A stretch of DNA of 64,000 nt from Octopus vulgaris (GCA_951406725.2 OX597814.1:153326001-153390000); one strand, 5' to 3'. Positions 37,553-51,927 are shown, counted from the stretch's first letter. The notes: generated by a model from the sequence alone, not told the origin. Program-made: numbers and translations.

Positions 37553-39109
37553 TTTTCTTCAGCACCATAACTTGAAACTGTCAGTTTTGTGCTGTCACTC
37601 AGCATTTAGCAACCATGCCTTGCAGTTATCCAGTCACTGAGAAACCAATAATTTCACAAGCCATATTTCTGTGTTTAGAGATAAAATATCGTCTTTTCAG
37701 TCTTAGGTGAGCAGCTCATACTCAGTGCAACCTAAATACATTTCTACTAAATTTAGAAAATGTCATGGATGTTTTATCCAAAAGATCAAAGAGATTATCT
37801 TGTACATGATGTCAATTTAATTTTATGATTTTAAGATGGACCTGGTGGAAAAGTTGAGAGGTCTGAGTGTAAGAAAGTAGTCAGAAAATGCAGAGATACT
37901 GTAGCTACATTTTTCACAGTAAGCAACAGGAGTAGAAGAACCTGAATACGGGGTGGGTGGGGGTGGGTGGGTAACAATTGTGGTTTAGGTGGCAGAAGTA
38001 GACTCTTACAGATAGTGGTTGCTGGAATAGGTGACAGAATTAAAGTGGAAATTCAAAGGTCAGGCAATTTGGAACAATCAATGGGATCTTTGTTTATTCC
38101 CACCAGTAAAATTAAAAGACAAGAATATGAAGAAGCAGTTCTAAGGAGGCTTATTTGTAAACTACAAAAAAAAAAAAAATAATATTCTAACTGTCAATTC
38201 CCATGGTAAAGTTGATAAATGCTAAGGCAGAGTGAGGGACACAGAAGCTATAGCTACGGTACAAGAAGTGAAGAAGGTTTGAAGACCCTGGGGGGGGGGG
38301 GGGAACCTACCAGACAACTGGTCACCTATATTCAAGTGAGAAGTGTCAAATGCAGGAATAACAATGAACAATAGCAGGAAGTTGAGCAATAGAACTTAAC
38401 TAGTCAAGAGGGAAGATATGAGTAGGTCCCTTAATGTTTTGCGTTGGTAAATGGGAGACATGAAGTAGTCTGAATTACAGTACTATAATGACACTAGGAT
38501 GTCACTGAGGAAAAGAGAATATGAACACTTCCAGACACGCTCTCATTGTCAGGGAAATGAGATATGTAATGAATAATGTGAGAGGTTGTTGAATAAGAAA
38601 TATGAATGTGATTTGAATTTCATATTATGCAAACAAGATCTCCAGAGTCTCGTGAATATACAATTAGCCAATGCTGTGTGTAACCTGAACCTAAGAATTA
38701 TATTGGGGATAATCATTTCATCTTTTGGTTACAATGATTGGAAATGAATTCCGATTAATGTAAAACATGTAAAAGTGTTACATCAAAGCAGTGTTACTAA
38801 CACTGATATGGCAACAGTGTAGTATGCTTACAATTATCAAAAGTTCTATGTATTGGGTTGCTTGCTGGATTGATCTTAGACGTTGTAAACAATATTAAAA
38901 TAATTTTAACATGAAAATGACTGACATTAAGCTGAAGGATTTAAAAATATGGCAAAATATGTTTGGTTGTCATTCCCTCTACAACTTTGTTTGAAGTACA
39001 TATCTGTTAAAATAATTAAGTCTGTCACTGTTGCTATGTCTGCAAACAGACAGCAAATAACATTGACAATCAAGGACAAAGAATACACATACTCTGCAGC
39101 AGAGGTGTT

Positions 39110-39397
39110 AAGACCGGTTCCTCTGATGATGAAAAGCACTCATGGTAGTGCCATGTAAAAGCGCTTGTGTGGTTCCACATAAAAGTGCCTGTGTGGTGCT
39201 ATGTAAAATTGCCTGTGCAGTGCCATGTAAAAGCACCCAGGACACTCTGTAAAGTGGTTAGTGTTAGGAAGGGCATCCAGCTGTAGAAATCATGCCAAAC
39301 CAAAGTCTGGTGTAGCCCCCACTCCCACTTGCCAGCTCTGGTCAAACCGTCCAACCCATGCCAGCATGGACAACAGATGTGAAATGATGATGATGAA
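39110..39397 (+). mobile_element. RTE-type 3' UTR with tandem ~25-bp gtgccatgtaaaagcac units
   Basis: Five or so degenerate units, then aaagtggttagtgttaggaagggcatccagctgtag...(GAT)n. Confidence 0.8.
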
Positions 39398-40299
39398 GCA
39401 TGATGAAAAGTCAAAGGCTGCGCAGAAATACAACATAGTAAAACTCATAGAATTCTGTAATGTTTTTTTTTTTAAAGTAATAATATTCAGAATGGTATTT
39501 TTTTGTTTATGATCAGATCAGTAATCTGAACAAAATCCACCTTGTCTGGATAATTGCAGTTTAACATGTAGAAGCATCACAATAAAATGTATCCAAAACA
39601 CACTGCAAAGTACTTGGATGGTGATGAATAAAACAACACAGTATAGAAAGGATTTCTTAGTTTTGCTAGGACAAGAAACCTATCTTGCATTGGTGCAATG
39701 ATAACATGCACCCAGTAATTCTGTGTAGTGGGTGACAATGAATAAAGATAATGCAGAGAAGAGCAGGCTCTTTGGCCTTGCTGCAAACAAGACAGCTTTT
39801 CTTGTGCAGGAAATGGTAAAGTTTAGTCTCATACATTTGGGCCACACAGACAAAATGAAAAGATTGAGGAATGGCAATATACCATGCCAAACACTCTTCC
39901 AACACCAGAATGGGAAAATAGTTTTTCAAATGATGATGATATGAATAAGATTGAAAACATTAAGCTGAAGTTGAAGTTCTTTCAAGACTTAAGTGGGGAA
40001 AAATGACTTCAAAATAACATTTTCGATTTACAATTTGTATTTTTAGTTATCATCACATTTAGTTCATTGCAGTTTAACAAACTACACAACCTATGAGAGT
40101 TCATTTATTTCCTAATATAGCAAGAAAATTCCAGCGTCTTTGTATGATGCTATTTTCCCTCTGTAACTTAATATAGTAAAATAACTACAGGTGTTTGCTC
40201 TTTCAAACAAGATATAACTTCATGTGTAACCCACATGGTGTAAAATACTGAATCAATTTTTCCAGCATATGATTAGCATTCCTCCACATTGTTGTAGAC

Positions 40300-40922
40300 T
40301 TTTACCTTTGGCCATACAGAGACACTAGCTTGAAAGGTTTTAGTCAAACAAATTGACTCCAGTACTTGTAAGTGTTATTCTATCAGTCTCTTCTGCTGAA
40401 GTGCTAAGTCATGAGGACACAAACAAACCAACACTAGTTGTCAAAAGGTGGTCGGGACAAACATAGAGACACACTTGATTTAATTTCCTCTTCATAAAAA
40501 TTCAATTTAAAAGAGAAGTCTATGATTTGTACTTATTTTAACATGCTATCTTGAAAGTGACAGTCTTTTTATTACATGACTTAGTCAGAAGAAGAAGGGC
40601 AGCAATCTTGACAGTTTTTCTCTCATCCTCTGAAACTTGTGGGAAGAAGGGAGAAATTTATTCTCAGACCAGAGTCTTAGCCTGAACATTTGCAACAGAG
40701 TGAACTACTACTAAAAACACCTAAGAGACAGGATATGGTATAAATCGTTATGAGAAATTAAGTCTACCACCCCAAAACAGGAACAACCATTTCAAAGTCT
40801 ACCAAACTTCATCTACAATACTTTGATCATACTCAGGTTATGATAGAAAACACTTGTCCAGTATGACATGCAGTAAGACTGAACCTGGAAGCATGTAATT
40901 GCCAAGTGGACATCATAGCCAT
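40300..40922 (-). mobile_element. Degenerate SINE A in two pieces (40300-40470, 40790-40922)
   Basis: Tail and head halves are separated by other sequence. Confidence 0.55.
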
Positions 40923-41684
40923 TGCAGTTACACATGTGGCCTTAGTTTGAAAGCTAATTTCCATTCAAACAGGAATAAAAAAAAAAAAAAAACCATTTAC
41001 TCTAATAAATAAAAAAAAAAACAAGCAAACAAAACCTGGAATCTGAAACAGTTCAGCTCCAAAAAAACCAGAATTCATCTCTCGCAATGATGCACACATA
41101 TTTTATAAACTACACAGTAATTAAATTAAAAACTAATCAAATGATAAAGTTCAACAAAAACAGATTAAATTTGAGCAAATGGCTCAATGGCAGAACATGA
41201 CAATCTGTTTAGCAACTTAAATTCTTCATTTTATTATAATAAGTTCAGTCATTCCTCCTCCTAAATTTAAATAAAATAAGCTCTTAATTCATACTGACAA
41301 ATCTGATTAGAGATTGAGTTCTAATCTGAAAGAGAATGAACCAATATAACAATTGAGTCTAAAATTAATGATTTAGTAATTAATTCTCTCATTTGTAGCA
41401 ATGTATTAAAATATTTTTACACTTTACTCAATAAGTTTGAATATTCTTTATGGTTTAGTTTCCAAAGAATACCAAAAATCATAAATGCTCAAACAGAGGA
41501 TTCTATTCAGATAATTCTGAATAAAAATATGGATTTTGGTTACAAACTAAAATATAGTATTGGAGATATTCTACAGAAATGAAGCCAAACAATCCCTTAT
41601 CAGAAAGCAGCAACTGCAAAGAAGTCTTCAGAATAAAACATGATTTAAAAAATAAATAACTGACAAATCATATTATCTTCAGGG

Positions 41685-41825
41685 TGATGGATTGGTAAAA
41701 TCATTAGTGCATTGCAATATTTGTTTCAGCTCTTATATTTTGAGCTCAAATCCCGCCAAGGTCAACTTTACCTTTCATCCCTTCATAGTCAACAACATAG
41801 AGTACCAGGGAAGTACTGGAGTCAA
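41685..41825 (+). mobile_element. SINE D 5' part
   Basis: gagctcaaatcccgccaaggtcaactttacctttcatccc. Confidence 0.7.
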
Positions 41826-42075
41826 TGGTTGTCAAGTGATGTTGGGGGGACAAATACAGACACACAAACACATGCGCACACACACACACATACATATATA
41901 TAATGAGCTTCTTTCAGTTTCCGTCTACGAAATCTACTCACAGGGCTTTGGTCAGCCCAAAGCTATATACACTTTCCCAAGGTGTCAAGCAGTGGGACTG
42001 AACCCGGAACCATGTGGATTATAAGCAAGCTACTTACCACACAGCCACTCCTATGTTTAAAAACTCCTGCGCCTA
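41826..42075 (-). mobile_element. SINE A lacking its 3' end
   Basis: gcagtgggactgaacccggaaccatgtgg...ttaccacacagccactcc. Confidence 0.85.
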
Positions 42076-45000
42076 CATATATATATATATTTATTAATTT
42101 TTGCATAGTCAATATGTTTATTGACATCTTTCATTGACACTTGTACAATGTTCACTTTAACTGTACTAATGAACAAAAGAATTCATTGTTCATATTAGAT
42201 GAATTTTTGTTGTTAATCCATAACAAGTCTGAATACTATACAGGAAAGTAAAAAATAAGTCATATATATGAACTGCATAAAGAAAAATTTTTCTTTTTCA
42301 GCTCAATAAATTTCTGTTTTACAGCTACTGGCTTAACTAAATTAAACATAGTAATTAAAGTGAGGAAAAAAAGTTAGACATTACTTATTTGTTTTTAGTA
42401 AATCAAATTGACATAGCAGACAACATATCACAAAGGACAGTTTTATTGCCTTTTGGCAACATGCAAATACCAAGTTGTACAGAAGTAGGGATAGTGTTAC
42501 TTAGCTTATCAACATGGGTTAGATGAAAAGCTAAGCTGGCCGAGGCAGCTATTTAGCACAGAAGTACAAGTTTCACCAGATCAGATAGTATATAATGTTA
42601 TAGTTTAGTACATCAAGGTCCTGAGTTTAAAGAGTGTCAAACTCAATATAATATCATTTTTGAGATCAATAAAGCAAGTGACAATAACCCAGCTTTTTGG
42701 ATTATAGCCAATAAAAGAGCAAGCTTTAGATGTTTCCAAAATTAAGACTTCAGAATATAAACCAACTACTTTTTATACAAGCTAAAAATCAATTTGTTAT
42801 CTTTTCAGTTGAGAAATTTCAGAAAAAAGAAAGTTATGTGATCTGAAACATAAATGGACAAAACTGTGTGTCAATCGTTTTTTTTTTTTCCAAATGACGA
42901 CAGCATATTGTCAAAGAATACATTGGAAATAAACTTTAAAAAAATTCTTGATTTAGTTGTAAGAAGTTAATACAGACATATATTATTGATGGACAGAAAG
43001 CAACATATATATATATATATATATATATAAATGGAGTTTAACGCAGGTATAACTCAAATACGTTTACTTCTGACACATGTCGGAAGTAAAAGCAAGGAAT
43101 TACGTCTTTACTTGTGTTATTTTTTGCTACCCTGGTAACTATTTATCTATTTTTTCTGTGTTAATTGTTAACAAGGGAAAAATACACTCATCTATATAAA
43201 TATATATATATATATAAGTATTAATAATTGGACCTTGTATTACTCTGTAACTTCTGCTGATTATTAAATATATATATATATATATATACATACACACACT
43301 CGTTTTAAGTTCTAGTCCCTTATTTACATCATCAAACTTTATATAACTACAGATAAAACAACTACAGTTGTTTGTGGGTAAGTAGACGGATGCATAAAAA
43401 TGTTCTGGAGTTACTGATGTTTACCTTAGTAGAACTTGTAGTTGGCTTTAGAGTTTCTGTAGTAGAATATTAGGTAGTTCTTACGAGATTAAAGAATAAA
43501 TTATTTATAAGCCTTGGCAAGGAGGGAAAAAAAGTAACTTCAAAATATATTTAGGTAAAGTATGTTGAAACGCTTCCAAATCAGATAATATTGATGATCT
43601 ATATTGATAATGTATCTAACAGTATAAAGTTCAAAATGTATATTATGAACCTATTTAAAAACTGTTTGATAATCAATTCTAACTATTGGAATAATGAAAG
43701 AGGTTAGAAAGGGGTGGGGGAGCCTTTCCAGGAAGGTTCTTCATGAATTAATAAAGTAAGCAAAAACATAAATAACTAAACTAAAATGAAAAATCTATTA
43801 GTACAGATGCCTCTGTAAACTGCAAACAAAATTCAAAAGAATACAGCAAGTTATAGGTTGCAGCTTTGCACACTCAGCAATAAAAAGATGCAACAATGTC
43901 AAACAATTAACAAAATGAAGCTGAAAATATGCTTTTTTTTTTTTTTACATTCCATATGAGAGCAGCTAAGAAGTAACTATAAAGTTGAATAGCTACAATT
44001 AGGATTCATCCTAGCAAGTGTGATTTTGATAATGTTATTACTGGTCTTACAGCAAACACATAGAAAAGAAAAAAAAAATTGCAAGCAATTTCAGTGAATG
44101 GTGTTCATATTTTGTTTCCTTTTTATAAAGTTGTAATATGAAAATTCAACACTGTCTTCATTATTGTGACAGTGACTCACTTTAAGTGTTTCCAAATGAG
44201 ATAAACTATTGACTAACCAGCATGCAGAAGCAGTCAATCTTAAGTAGTAAAATAACACTTTGAAATTCTGCTTTCAACCAAAATGCTAAATATAAAAGTA
44301 AAATAATTTCTAAATCATCATCCTTTATGATAAAATGGGTCAAACAAATCTTGAAATATTTTTTAATCCTTGGCTTTAACAGAGGCTCTCTGCAACAACC
44401 ACTTATTCTGAAACATATACATATGTAGTAATATATACTAAACAAAAGTTGAGATATGGGCACAAAGAGGAACAAAAGGAAAAAAAAATACTTCAAAATA
44501 TTTTGGAAATTATCATCTATTAGATATCATTCATGATGTAGGAAGTGAAAATCTTATATTCCGTGGAGTGTTCTTTTTTCCATTTTTACACTATGCCATT
44601 GCTGTTAGTATCACATTGATAAGAAATACTGGAAACTATTATGTTAACACATATTTTTCACTCCTCATAACTTGATATTTTACTCTCCTGTTGCATCTTC
44701 TCTCATTCCAATAGAATAAAGCAGTGAAAGAAGAAAACCTTCCCATGGAAATATGATTATATAACTGCAGAAACAAGTGTAATTATTCCTTCATCATTAT
44801 TCTTTGCTTCGCCACAACCATCTTTCATTGTTTTCACACACCAAACAATATTGCTATTTCTTTCTTATTTTTCTTTTTGTCTAACATAACTTTTCTGATG
44901 TAATATAAAATAAAAGAAGTTAATGTGATGAAGGAAAAAAAAAATATCAGCTTGTAACAGAAAAGGAATTCCATTTGATGGTGAGGTGGGGTGAAATGTC

Positions 45001-45447
45001 AGATGATTTGATAAATATAGCAATTGTAGATATGCAAAAATATTAACATTTGAAATAATGGCTAAAGGTAGAGAGTACTTTACAAAGTGAACATCTACAA
45101 GAGGTAATAATATGGTAGAAACAGAAAAAAAAAAATAAATAAAAGCTAGATTGAAGTACTGATTAATAGGTTTTAATAGTCATTTGGAAAATTACTTTAA
45201 GATATAAAGAAAAAAAAAATATTGATTTTTTATGAAGTCACATAGCTTAAGTTAAGAGGAAGAGTATAAGTCAATTATATTGACTCCAGTAATTTACTGG
45301 TATTTATTTTATACCCCCATCCCCATCAGGAAAGATAAAGGGTAGTTTGAAAATTATTGTGGGATTAAATCTTTTTTATTTCCATTATTGAAATGCTAAC
45401 GATTATTTCATGGCAAAAAATATGAATTTGATGCATGGAACATTCAG

Positions 45448-45479
<32 letters not shown>

Positions 45480-46301
45480 TGTTTAGTATATCTTCTGGTT
45501 GCTTCTATCATTTGCCATCATCACAATCATTTAGATGATTATTAAAACTACTGAAAACAATGTTTAGTTAGCTAGAGGAGAATAATAATTATTGTTTTTA
45601 GCATAAGAAATATTTTTTCTATTTCCTAAGTCTCTTAACAATCATTTGGGATTTTATGACTAAAAAAAAAAACCCTAACATAAATAAAATAATCAATAGC
45701 TATTATTCAAAGGAACGCTATTTTGGAATATAAACATTTCACTATTAAATATACAACAATATATATTTTATTAAATTATTTCTGGCAAATCAAATCTGGA
45801 ACTTGGTTTCAATTCCATGCCGGAACCATTCTACTTACATCATAAATAATATACTGTTGAGAAGAAGTCAATTTAAGTTCTCTTATATATCCAAAACTTT
45901 AGAAATTGGTAATTTATATATTTGTATGTATAGAATTCTTAGAATTCATATTTCTCTTCTGTTAAAAATAAATGGTCTGAACCATGCTGAGATTTAAAAG
46001 CAAATTCATAAAGAAAAATAAGTAAATAAATACAGTTCGGAAATTCTAACAAAACTACATAAAATGATTCAAAGAAAAGTGTTGCTTTAGAAATATAGTT
46101 TTTGAGGTTTCCAGCTTTGAAATAATTTACTATACCTTTCATATTAATATAAATATCTTTTGCAATATTGGTATTCCAACAGAGTTTCAACATATTGAAT
46201 CATAATGCATAAAGATGCAAATAATGAATACAACACAAGTACACCACACACACACACACACATATGAAAATGAATACACACACATATATATGAAAATGAA
46301 T

Positions 46302-46333
<32 letters not shown>

Positions 46334-46477
46334 GAGATTCCTGTTATTATCCTGTTTTTCACAATGACTGCTAAAATATTCTAGTTTCGAAAGGTCTTAA
46401 TTGCCATTAGTAAGTTGGCTGGTTGTGATGAAGAATGCTATTATATTGTCTATATATACACACACATGCACTTTTAT

Positions 46478-46555
<78 letters not shown>

Positions 46556-46599
46556 TTATATATATACACACACAAACACACATACACATACATTCACAG

Positions 46600-46837
46600 G
46601 TACCAGCATGACAGTATGGTTGAGAATGTTGTTTCCAACTACATGGTTTTGCATTCAGTTCCATTGCCTACCACCTTGTGCCGGTGTATTCTACTACAGC
46701 TCTGAACCTTATGAGTAGATATGGTAGACAGAAACTGAAAGAGGCCTGTTGTATACACACATATATGCATGTGTGTGTGTGTGCATATGCCAGCATGGAA
46801 AGTGGATGTTAAATGACGACGACAATGATATATATAT

Positions 46838-46870
<33 letters not shown>

Positions 46871-47092
46871 GTGGCACATAAAAGGCACCATTTGAGCGTG
46901 GCCGTTGCCAGCACTGCCTGACTGGCCCTCGTGCCGGTGGCACGTAAAAGTACCCACTACACTCTCGGAGTCGTTGGCGTTAGGAAGGGCATCCAGCTGT
47001 AGAAATCTGCCAGATCAGATTGGAGTCTGGTGTAGCCTCATTCAAATTGGCCAACCCATGCTAGCATGGAAAGTGGACGTTAAACGATGATG

Positions 47093-47132
<40 letters not shown>

Positions 47133-47442
47133 GCATACATGTATAAATAAATACACACATAGACACATATATGCATATGTATATATGTGTGTGACAGAGT
47201 ACGTTTGTATCCCCTCGTTTTAACATCACATAATTGTTGTGAATGGTTGACACTGTCATATAAGCAGTGCCATTCATTTCTAGTATTTTCCAAGAACATG
47301 TCTGACCATGAAGAAATGCTACTGTGCTTGGAAAGAGATGAAGGTTAGCGACAGAAAGAACATCAAGCTGTAGAAAATCTGCTTCAGTAAAGTCTGCACA
47401 GCACATTGCAATGATGGAAAAATGGACATTAAAATGACGATT
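46600..47442 (+). mobile_element. Old SINE C hosting RTE-tail insertions in its central microsatellite
   Basis: Head 46600-46785 and body/tail 47190-47442. Confidence 0.7.
46870..47095 (+). mobile_element. Young RTE-type 3' UTR
   Basis: Near-consensus, CpG-rich, ends ggacgttaaacgatgatgat, flanked by (TA)n. Confidence 0.85.
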
Positions 47443-48355
47443 ATATAGATCATCATCATTGTTTTAAATCCACTTTTCCATGCTTACATACATAAAAATA
47501 TGCATGTATGTATGTATATATAATCATTTTAATATTTACTTTTTGATGCTTGCATACCTTTAAATATGTATACATCTATATTTATCTATGTATCTATTCA
47601 TCCTTGTTTCAACATTCACTTTTCCATGCATGTATGTATGAATTCATATACATTATATACTAATATGAAAGGCATGATGCTATGGTTTTTGTCAGAGAGA
47701 AAACCTCTTCATAGACATGCTGTGTTAAAAACAATATAGAGTGGAACTTTGGTTTATGAACAATTTTTTGAACATAATACATCTCGAGTGATGAACAATG
47801 TCTTGAGTAACAAACATGTAAGCCAGTAAGAGTTGGTGACAAGCAGGGACTATCAGCAGGAGAGTGTCAATTATTGTTTAGCTTTCATTTAGAGCACATC
47901 CCCACTTGAATTTGCTGTGCCTCCTCTTCAATTTCCCATGAGAAAAATAGTTTCAGCTTATGTGTATTTAGCGTGATGAACAGCCTTCAGGAACTGAGGT
48001 TTGTCTTGCAGTGAGCCATGAGAACACCCAATGTGTCTCGGTCTTTTTGGGACTTGAATAAAACTGTATTATTATTACTATATAATATATTATTCAGGGA
48101 CAGGTTTCATTTAGGCATGTGAGTATCAGGTAGATATCATTGGCAAGCTCTAAGGAGACCAAAAATTGCATCTGATATTCTTGTGGGATGGTATTCATTT
48201 CACTCTGATATATATTTTGCCATTATAAAACAGCATGTATATGGAAAGATTTTCTCTCAGACAAAAACTGCAGCATCATGCTTTTCAGTGTTGTATATTC
48301 ATTCAATATGACATAGAACTAGCTATTTTAATATTGATTCAGTTGTAAATACTAA

Positions 48356-48402
<47 letters not shown>

Positions 48403-49397
48403 GATTTTCAATAAGCAACCATAGTAAACAGCACAAAAGAATGTCCTCAAAAAAACTCACTGTTACAAATGGAATTGGTATATTCAATTATTCTTTCCTT
48501 AAAATATGGATAGACATTTATACCACAGCCATCATTTTGTTTAGGTCAAAATTTTCTGCAAGACCTACATATTATGTAGAAAGTAAAGAGTGCCTGGTTT
48601 GAGACCAGGGTGGACCAATATTAATTATTAAAGCTGTGAAATTAAAATTCTGCAGAAGCTGTGGCCTTAAGCAACTTGATTATTATTTCACATATCTCAA
48701 TCAAGCTAGCTGAAAAGATATCACAACTCTTTCTTCACAAAGTAATAGTTGGTATTAGAAAGGTAACTCAGCTGTAAAATTACTTGCTTCAACAATTCAT
48801 AAGCTTCACAAACATTTGTTCAATCTATTACAGGAAATAGATGTCAGTATGTACGTATGATACCACATATTTATGCTTGCGCACACAAATTTTCAAAAGC
48901 ATATTCAGATGTGTGTGTGTGCATGTGTAAGGCACATACACCGGCTGGCCCATCTAGCCAGTGGGATGGCATCGTTTGAAAGCTAAAACAGCACAAGGCG
49001 CATTGTGAACAGCAGTGTGTAACAACATCTGATAGCCTGGTCAATATGGTGACACACACACACACACACACACACAAACAATACTGATGTTTCAAGTTCA
49101 AGTAATTCAAATTTCATTATTATCTGCATCTTTTCACACATTCAGCCTAAGGTGAAAAGGTGAGACCCGGATTAGGCTGTCAATTTTTGATATAATAAAC
49201 AATCCACCTTAGATAATGTATTGAGTTCTATATCAGATGGTGTTTGCACTCATTTTCATCATCCTCATCCTCACATCCACTTTCTGCTTACATGGGTAAG
49301 ACAGAATTCATTGAGGTACATTTTCTATTACCTCAATGCCCCTCCAGTTGCCAATTCTCACTTCTTTCCAAGCAAGGTATTTTTATATATATGTATA

Positions 49398-49447
<50 letters not shown>

Positions 49448-49454
49448 ACTTCTG

Positions 49455-50042
49455 TCATATTCCAGGGAGAAAAACTACAAGTAGTTGACAGCTTCTGTTA
49501 CCTAGGTGACCAAGTCAGTAGTGGGGGTGGATGCTCTGAAAGTGCAGCTGCTAGAATAAGAGTAACCTACCTCTGCTGGTGACCAAGGGACTCTTACTCA
49601 GAGTAAACGGTAGACTGTATGATGCGTGTGTACAAACAGCCATGCTACGTGGCAGTGAAACATGGGCGATGGCAGCTGAGCACATGCATAAGCTTGCAAG
49701 GAATGAAGCTAGTATGCTCTGCTGGATGTGTAATGTCAGTGTGCATACAAGACAGAGTGTAAGTGCCCTGAGAGAAAAGTTGGACCTAAGAAGCATCAGT
49801 TGTGATGTGCAAGAGAGATTACTGTGCTGGTATGGACATGTGGTGTGAATGGATGAGGACAGCTGCATGAAAAAGTGTCACACCCTAGCAGTTGAGGGAA
49901 TCTGTGGAAGAGGTATAGCAGTTGAGGGAATCTGTGGAAGAGGTAGACTCAGTAAGCGCTGGGATGAGGTAGTGAAGCACAACCTTCAAACATTGGGCCT
50001 CACCGAGGCAATGACTAGTGACTGAGACCTTTGGAAATACGC
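49455..50042 (+). pseudogene. RTE LINE ORF C-terminal fragment
   Basis: VVDSFCYLGDQVSSGGG, GRLYDACVQTAMLRGSETWAM, ERLLCWYGHVV and GRGR..KRW motifs. Contains stops, a deletion and a 30-bp tandem duplication (49886-49945). Confidence 0.92.
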
Positions 50043-50044
50043 TA

Positions 50045-50900
50045 ATATTAAGCTAATATCAATAAAATTTTAACTTTATGCAATAAGACAATATTGTTTG
50101 AAATGATAAATTACTTGATTTATCTCTTTCTTAAATGGCTCTACCCTCCTGATCTTAGAATTTATAAGGTCTTTTATATAAATAATCCTGCTAAATAAGT
50201 ACCACTAAGAAACTATAAATAGCATGTAGGGAGTAACAATAATAACTTCTTAAACCTATAATATAACCCTTTGTTTTTAAAAAAAGATTAGTGTAAAATA
50301 CGAAAGTTCCATATCTTAAATATTGCTCTAGCTGATACCAGACATCAGTCTTTTATTGATATTAGCTAAATAAGTAAATACATAATTTTTAGTCTAATAT
50401 ATTGTGAATTATTATACTTTTTCTATAAACCTTCTCTATTGGTGTTAACAAGCTACATATACTTTACCATAGTATTAGTAATTAAGCTATTTTATTCCTT
50501 TTCTATGGTGTTCTGCCCTACTTGATTATTTTATTTTATTTCTTTATTATTTTATAATTAATCTAATTTTTGTATCTCTATAAATTCCTCAATACTCCTT
50601 TATTAATACCAGTGTATACCAATTAATCAATATTCACAAATACCACCTGATGAGTTAGTATTTAAGTGTACAATATGTATAAATATTAAACTATTTCTGG
50701 ATAATTTCTTACTCAAAAGTATCCATAAATTTCTATCCTTTCGTTATAATATTCTTCTTAATAATCCTCTGAATAACCCTAAACTTTAACTGTATACAAT
50801 ATAGCAACATTGTGTAAAATATTTAACTATAGCACTACATAATAAGACTTCTCCTGTTTCATTATCAATGGTCTGCTAGTGGGCGACCCCTTAATTGTCA
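50045..50900. mobile_element. Possible decayed Penelope-like element
   Basis: Minus-strand YGKVYV relic near 50450-50475 (GIY-YIG-like) and a broken hammerhead-like motif at 50643-50700. Confidence 0.35.
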
Positions 50901-51179
50901 GCTAACATCTTGTCTTAAGTTTTCCTTTACCAAACCTCATGATATTGCTTCTAATAAACCTTGATTTTTATGACTATATCAACTATGATGTCTGTCTGCT
51001 CCCTCATAAATTGATATATATATATATACTTACACACACACACACATATATATATACATACATACACACACACACACATATATACACAATGCCACGCATC
51101 TATTTCCAAGTAAGTTTTATCTTAATAATTTCGATGCGACACTTATTCTCTTTCCCTCTCCCTTTTTGTTTCCTCTCTC

Positions 51180-51660
51180 TTCCCTTTTCTAATTCTTTTT
51201 ATCTCCTGTTTTCGCATTTTTCTCTCTCATCCTTTCTCTAATTCTTTTCCTTTCCCATTTGCTGTTCTCTGTTTGTTTTTCATTGTTCCTCCTTTGCTCT
51301 CTCGTTCGCATGTGACGATCGGCCATCTTTTCTTTGTTTCCTTCTGATCAGCCGTAGGGACAAGATGCATTCTTGTCTGTCGCCTGTTAGAGCTTGTTCC
51401 TCCACGTTCGCCAACTCACCTATTTTAGGCTTAGCAGCCCTTCCTGTTTGTTTTCACTGTCCTGTTTTTGTTACCAACTTTGACCCTCTGCAAAATCCCA
51501 AATTTTATTTAATTTGCTTTGTGGGAGCAACTGTTTTATCGAAGACCTATCTTGTCATGAATTGCTTGAAATGCGGATTAGTAAAACAGCCGACAACTGA
51601 TGAAGGGCCATATTCCATGTTTACGTATTTCATGTTCTGCAATGTCCTGTGCCCATATAT
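51180..51660 (+). mobile_element. Interspersed repeat (probably Penelope-like terminal region)
   Basis: Homologous to the reverse complement of 60040-60620. Contains gaaa...caactgatgaagg and ends in a TA/CA tract. Confidence 0.7.
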
Positions 51661-51927
51661 GCATATATATGTAAGTATGTACATATATGTATGTATATAT
51701 ACATATATACACATACATATTTACATATACATACACACATATATATATATATATACATACACACATATATATATACATATACATACACACATATATATAT
51801 ATATATACATACACACATATATATATACATATACATACACACATATATATATATATACATACATATACATACACATATATATATTATGTACATACATATA
51901 CACACACATAAACACATACATATATAT
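51655..51927. repeat. Compound (TA/CA) micro-minisatellite
   Basis: Direct observation. Confidence 0.95.

Noticed and set aside
39110-39240. Regularly spaced ~25-bp repeats resembling a CRISPR array
   Set aside because: Degenerate tandem units without unique spacers inside an RTE 3' UTR, in eukaryotic DNA with no cas genes.
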